NCBI GenBank assembly: GCA_026984135.1
Contig: JALSSR010000152.1
Location: forward strand, 1-51,117
Source: Bacteroidales bacterium
GTDB lineage: Bacteria > Bacteroidota > Bacteroidia > Bacteroidales > JAADJA01
Direction: 5' to 3'
Length of the DNA: 51,117 nt
This document shows, piece by piece, positions 47,553-51,117 of the stretch; within the stretch, counting starts at the first letter, position 1, and the number at the start of each line of letters is the position of its first letter. Position numbers and translations under genes: made by a program. A model generated the notes under the pieces. It saw only the letters and a program-made list of their open reading frames with translations. It ran no database searches and had not been told where the DNA came from.

Positions 47553-48899
47553 GTGAAAACAAAAACTTTACTTTCGATTTTGGCACTTGCAACAGTAATA
47601 AGTGCTTTTGCACAAAAACCCACAATGGAACTGACCTTTACGGCGGAAAACAGCGGACAATACGTCCCGATGGACAGCATTCTCATTGAAAACCTCACAC
47701 AGGGCGGGGACACAACGCTTTATCCACCCGACACAACACTTTCGTTGGAATATAACGTGGGTATCAATGAAACTGACTTATCAAAAAACACATTTTCCGT
47801 TTCACAAAATTACCCCAATCCGTTTAATGAAAAAACCACGGTTAATTTGGTTTTGCCGGGGAAAGATAATATTAAAATCACCTGCCGGAATATGCTTGGC
47901 ATCGAGCTGGCACATTATGAAAAGGTTTTGAACCGGGGCAACCATTCCTTTATTTTTTATTGCGGTGCCGGAAGCCAATACCTGCTTACCGTAACAGGAA
48001 AACAAACAAGCAAAACCGTTAAAATGCTGAATTCAGGCAGTAATATAGCCAAAAGTGGAAAATGCAAAATAGTTTATAACGGGAATGTAACCGGTTTTAA
48101 ATCCAGCGAAGCCCTGAACGGTTTTGTGTTTAACCTTGGCGATGAATTGAAATATACTGCTTATACCGATGTGGAAGAAACAGAAAAAATTGATTCTCCC
48201 ACTGGCAGCCAAACTTACACATTTCAATTTGACGGATGGGATCCCTGTCCTGGAATGTCCATTATTACCGACATTGATGGCAATACCTACAATACGGTTC
48301 AAATAGGCAACCAGTGCTGGATGAAGGAAAACCCGAAAACCACAACCTACCGAAACGGCACAGCAATACCTAATATAACGGATGCTAATGCTTGGGAAAG
48401 TCTTACAACCGGAGCCTATGTATGGTATGGTAATGGTATTAGCTGGAAAGGCCCGTATGGTGCTTTGTACAACTGGTATGCAGCGGTTGATGCCAACGGT
48501 CTTTGCCCAACGGAATGGCACGTACCGACAGATGATGAATGGACAGCATTGACCGATTTCATTGGCGGAACAGGCTCGCCCCACAGCAACGAGCTAAAAT
48601 CGTGTAGGCAGGTCAATTCGCCTTTGGGTGGAGGTTGCAATACAACGGAACATCCAAGATGGAATAACCCGCAAAATGGAGTTTTCGGTACTGACGATTA
48701 TGGATTTTCAGGTCTTCCGGGCGGCTACCGTAACTTCAGTGGCTATTTCGACAGCGTTGGCTACTCCGGTGGCTGGTGGTCTTCTACGGAGTCCTCATCA
48801 GCCAGTGCCGGCCGCTTCCTGAGTTACAACGACGGCTACGTGTTCGTGAACTACTACAGTAAGCAGGATGGTTTTAGCGTCCGTTGTCTCAGGGATTAG
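47553..48899 (+). CDS. FISUMP (Fibrobacter succinogenes major paralogous) domain protein, probable DGR target
   Basis: Signal peptide MKTKTLLSILALATVISAFAQ from the in-frame GTG; TDIDGNTYNTVQIGNQCWMKEN, YGALYNWYA, CPTEWHVPTDDEW, GLPGGYR, WWSST, GFSVRCLRD. Confidence 0.88.
   Translation: MKTKTLLSILALATVISAFAQKPTMELTFTAENSGQYVPMDSILIENLTQGGDTTLYPPDTTLSLEYNVGINETDLSKNTFSVSQNYPNPFNEKTTVNLVLPGKDNIKITCRNMLGIELAHYEKVLNRGNHSFIFYCGAGSQYLLTVTGKQTSKTVKMLNSGSNIAKSGKCKIVYNGNVTGFKSSEALNGFVFNLGDELKYTAYTDVEETEKIDSPTGSQTYTFQFDGWDPCPGMSIITDIDGNTYNTVQIGNQCWMKENPKTTTYRNGTAIPNITDANAWESLTTGAYVWYGNGISWKGPYGALYNWYAAVDANGLCPTEWHVPTDDEWTALTDFIGGTGSPHSNELKSCRQVNSPLGGGCNTTEHPRWNNPQNGVFGTDDYGFSGLPGGYRNFSGYFDSVGYSGGWWSSTESSSASAGRFLSYNDGYVFVNYYSKQDGFSVRCLRD
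48720..48896 (+). other. Candidate DGR variable region at the 3' end of the FISUMP gene
   Basis: Of 59 codons, 31 end in C, 16 in T, 10 in G and 2 in A. Variable-looking positions fit A-to-N derivatives of AAC/AAT codons. Confidence 0.7.
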
Positions 48900-48938
48900 G
48901 ACGCTTTGACAATTTGTCTATTTGACTATTTTTTTATT

Positions 48939-48952
48939 GCCCCGTAAGGGGT
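48939..48952 (+). promoter_or_regulatory. GC-rich hairpin downstream of the variable region (DGR-type cis stem-loop candidate)
   Basis: GCCCC-GTAA-GGGGT, 40 nt after the stop, preceded by three 8-mers (TTTGACAA, TTTGTCTA, TTTGACTA). Confidence 0.5.
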
Positions 48953-49049
48953 CGAATTTTTGCGAAAGGTGAGCGCAGAATCAAACTTGTTTGAATTCTG
49001 CCGAGCCAAACAAAAATCACTGAAAGTAAATTTTTCTTGTATGGGATTA

Positions 49050-49250
49050 CATTATGATTTCCCTGATAAACAAAGGCTAACCAAACAAAGTAGACAAAGG
49101 TTTATGAAAAAGTTCGGTAAATACGATAAAATGTTAAAAAACGGTTTATGGTCACAAGAGGAATATGCCGGGCATATTATTCCGCTTATTGCTTTCACAA
49201 ACCATGCAAACACAAAACAATTAAGGATGAAACATATTGAAAAAACGGAA
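49050..49250 (+). pseudogene. Probable C-terminal remnant of a DGR-type reverse transcriptase
   Basis: FPDKQRLTKQSRQRFMKKF...GLWSQEEYAGHIIPLIAFTNHANTKQLR resembles, from memory, the thumb/C-terminus of Bacteroidota DGR RTs. No YxDD core and no proper start are present. Confidence 0.6.
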
Positions 49251-49725
49251 ACCGCCAATAGGCCACACTCCCGTCATTGCGAGGGATTTAGAGGGGGCAA
49301 TGGGCGCAGGCATCCCGTGGCAATATGTTTGATATGAAAAGGCGGCCAAAATTGCCAACCGTCAGACTGCGCAACAACCTAAAATTTCATCAGAGATAAT
49401 TATCGGCTTGTAAAATCTAAAAAATATTGAATCCGAAATTTGTTGTACATTTGGGACTCTTAAACACCTGGATATGAATATACCGAAAGAAAACAGGTTT
49501 GCGAAAAGCAAACTTGATTTCTTTCGAGTCCCATCTTAGACGTGGATGCTCGACAAAGTCGGCGTATTAACTGGTTCTAAGCAGCTTTGCGTTGCAAACC
49601 TGATAAGATCCAGTATAACAGGAAGGAATTTGCAAATTTTAGTGGGGTTATTGCGTGAACTCCCGTTACCTGCAAGGCAAAACGCAGTCCAAACAAAATC
49701 GAAATTAATTGAAGAAATGGTTGCG

Positions 49726-49756
49726 TTGTCCCAATTTTTATGTATTTTTGGGACAA
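49726..49756 (+). promoter_or_regulatory. Inverted-repeat operator overlapping the TA promoter
   Basis: TTGTCCCAA-N13-TTGGGACAA overlapping the -7 box TATTTTTG at 49743-49750. Confidence 0.7.
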
Positions 49757-49767
49757 ATTAATAAGAA

Positions 49768-50385
49768 ATGACTGTTTCAAGTAAAATAGAGAATATAATT
49801 ATTAAATCGAAAAAGGGGAAACTCTTATTTGTTTCTGATTTTTCTCAATATGGTAATTATGATACAGTTAGGAAAGCACTTCAACGATTAACAGATAAAG
49901 GAATAATTTTAAGAATTTCAAAGGGAATTTATTATTATCCGAAAACAGATGAACTTCTTGGCATTTTATATCCAACAGCAGCAGAAATTGGAAAAGCAAT
50001 CGCAAAACGAGATAAAGCAAGAATAATTCCGACAGGAGCATATGCTCAACATTTACTTGGATTATCTACACAAATTCCAATAAATATTGTTTACCTGACT
50101 GATGGCTCAGCACGAAAAGTAAAAATAGGCAATCAAACAATTATTTTCAAAAAAACAAGTCCGAAAAATTTGAGTTTTAAAAGTAAATTAAGCAGTTTAA
50201 TAATCCAAGCCTTAAAATCTAAAAAAGAAAATAACATTACCCAAATTGAAAAACTAAGGTTGACTGAAATTATTAGGCAATCAAATGAAAAGGAAAAAAT
50301 AAAAAAGGACATTCAAAATGCACCCGTTTGGATACAAAAAATCGTATTAGAAATTTTATCAGCTATTAAAGATGAATTGGCTTAA
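49768..50385 (+). CDS. DUF6088 family protein (AbiEi-like type IV antitoxin)
   Basis: VRKALQRLTDKGIILRISKGIYYYPK, AHLLGLSTQIP-type segment (AQHLLGLSTQIP), VYLTDGSARKVKIG; overlaps the AbiEii gene. Confidence 0.85.
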   Translation: MTVSSKIENIIIKSKKGKLLFVSDFSQYGNYDTVRKALQRLTDKGIILRISKGIYYYPKTDELLGILYPTAAEIGKAIAKRDKARIIPTGAYAQHLLGLSTQIPINIVYLTDGSARKVKIGNQTIIFKKTSPKNLSFKSKLSSLIIQALKSKKENNITQIEKLRLTEIIRQSNEKEKIKKDIQNAPVWIQKIVLEILSAIKDELA

Positions 50386-51117
50386 TTTACCGAAAAATAA
50401 ACAGCAAGAATTGTTTAAACAATTAAGTGTTAAAACAGGCATTCAACCGCAAGCTATTGAGAAGGATGCTTGGGTAACACTTGTATTGAGAGTTATATTC
50501 AGCTCTCAAATTTCTGAATATTTGGTATTTAAAGGCGGAACATCATTAAGTAAAGCATATAAATTAATACAAAGATTTTCGGAAGATATTGACCTTGCCA
50601 TAAGTAGAGAATATCTTGGTTTTCAAGGAGAACTAACGAAAGGACAAATTCGTAAACTTCGCAGAAAATCGCACGATTTTGTATCAAATGAAATGCTCAA
50701 TACATTAATCAATGAATTTAAAAAGCAAGATATTGACAGGCAATTATTTAATGTTGAAGTTAAGAACACTAAGATTTCAGACCAAGACCCTGAAACTATT
50801 GAAATAATTTACCAGTCCGTTTTTGAAGAATTACCGTATATAGAGCAAAAAGTATTAGTAGAAATTGGATCACGTTCATTATTAGAACCATCTGAGAACA
50901 AGGAAATAAAATCGATTATTGATGAGAATTATGCAAGTGCCCAATTTTCGGAAATAGCCTTTACAGTAAAGACAATTCGACCGGAAAAGACTTTTTTGGA
51001 AAAATTAATTTTATTGCACGAAGAATTTTCAAAACCGATTGAAAAAATTCGTTATCACAGAATGTCTAGACATTTATATGACATTGGAGAAATCATTACA
51101 ACTGACTTTGGCGTCAA
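50372..51117 (+). CDS. AbiEii/AbiGii family nucleotidyltransferase toxin, 3'-truncated by the window edge (absent from the ORF track)
   Basis: ATG at 50372: MNWLNLPKNK...AIEKDAWVTLVL...LVFKGGTSLSKAYKLIQRFSEDIDL...EKTFLEKLILLHEEF...RMSRHLYD. The frame is open to the window end. Confidence 0.92.
   Translation, partial: MNWLNLPKNKQQELFKQLSVKTGIQPQAIEKDAWVTLVLRVIFSSQISEYLVFKGGTSLSKAYKLIQRFSEDIDLAISREYLGFQGELTKGQIRKLRRKSHDFVSNEMLNTLINEFKKQDIDRQLFNVEVKNTKISDQDPETIEIIYQSVFEELPYIEQKVLVEIGSRSLLEPSENKEIKSIIDENYASAQFSEIAFTVKTIRPEKTFLEKLILLHEEFSKPIEKIRYHRMSRHLYDIGEIITTDFGV

Noticed and set aside
49452-49533. Hammerhead ribozyme in the structured region
   Set aside because: GAAA is present, but the CUGANGA core is not correctly formed.
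49611-49675. attC-like integron site (GTATAAC...GTTACCTGCAA, about 59 bp)
   Set aside because: The ends fit RYYYAAC/GTTRRRY only partly and complement each other poorly. There is no second copy, cassette array or integrase in the window. An IntegronFinder or covariance-model scan would settle it.
49546-49780. Short ORFs 49546-49761 (+) and 49577-49780 (-)
   Set aside because: They have no motifs and overlap structured DNA and the TA promoter/operator, so they are most likely non-coding.

Overview
AT-rich chromosomal window from a Bacteroidota, probably Bacteroidales, genome. The assignment rests on repeated TTTG-N19-22-TAnnTTTG promoters and seven proteins with type IX secretion (T9SS) C-terminal domains. 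Housekeeping genes include a LolE-like permease end, lptB, kdsD, recQ, OmpH, deoC, glnA, meaB, tRNA-Lys(CTT) and dcp. Accessory content includes two tandem gingipain-like C25 proteases, a T9SS thioredoxin-fold protein, two paralogous T9SS beta-propeller proteins and a radical-SAM/glycosyltransferase cluster. Three things stand out. (1) A 7-heme c-type cytochrome carries a T9SS sorting domain, a candidate route for extracellular electron transfer. (2) A DUF559 endonuclease is flanked on both sides by tandem 183-bp units built from REP-like hairpins. (3) A FISUMP gene ends in what looks like a diversity-generating retroelement (DGR) variable region, followed by a hairpin and an apparent reverse-transcriptase C-terminal remnant, with no template repeat in the window. 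The window ends inside an AbiE-type toxin-antitoxin pair. All family assignments come from motif recognition by eye; no database searches were run.
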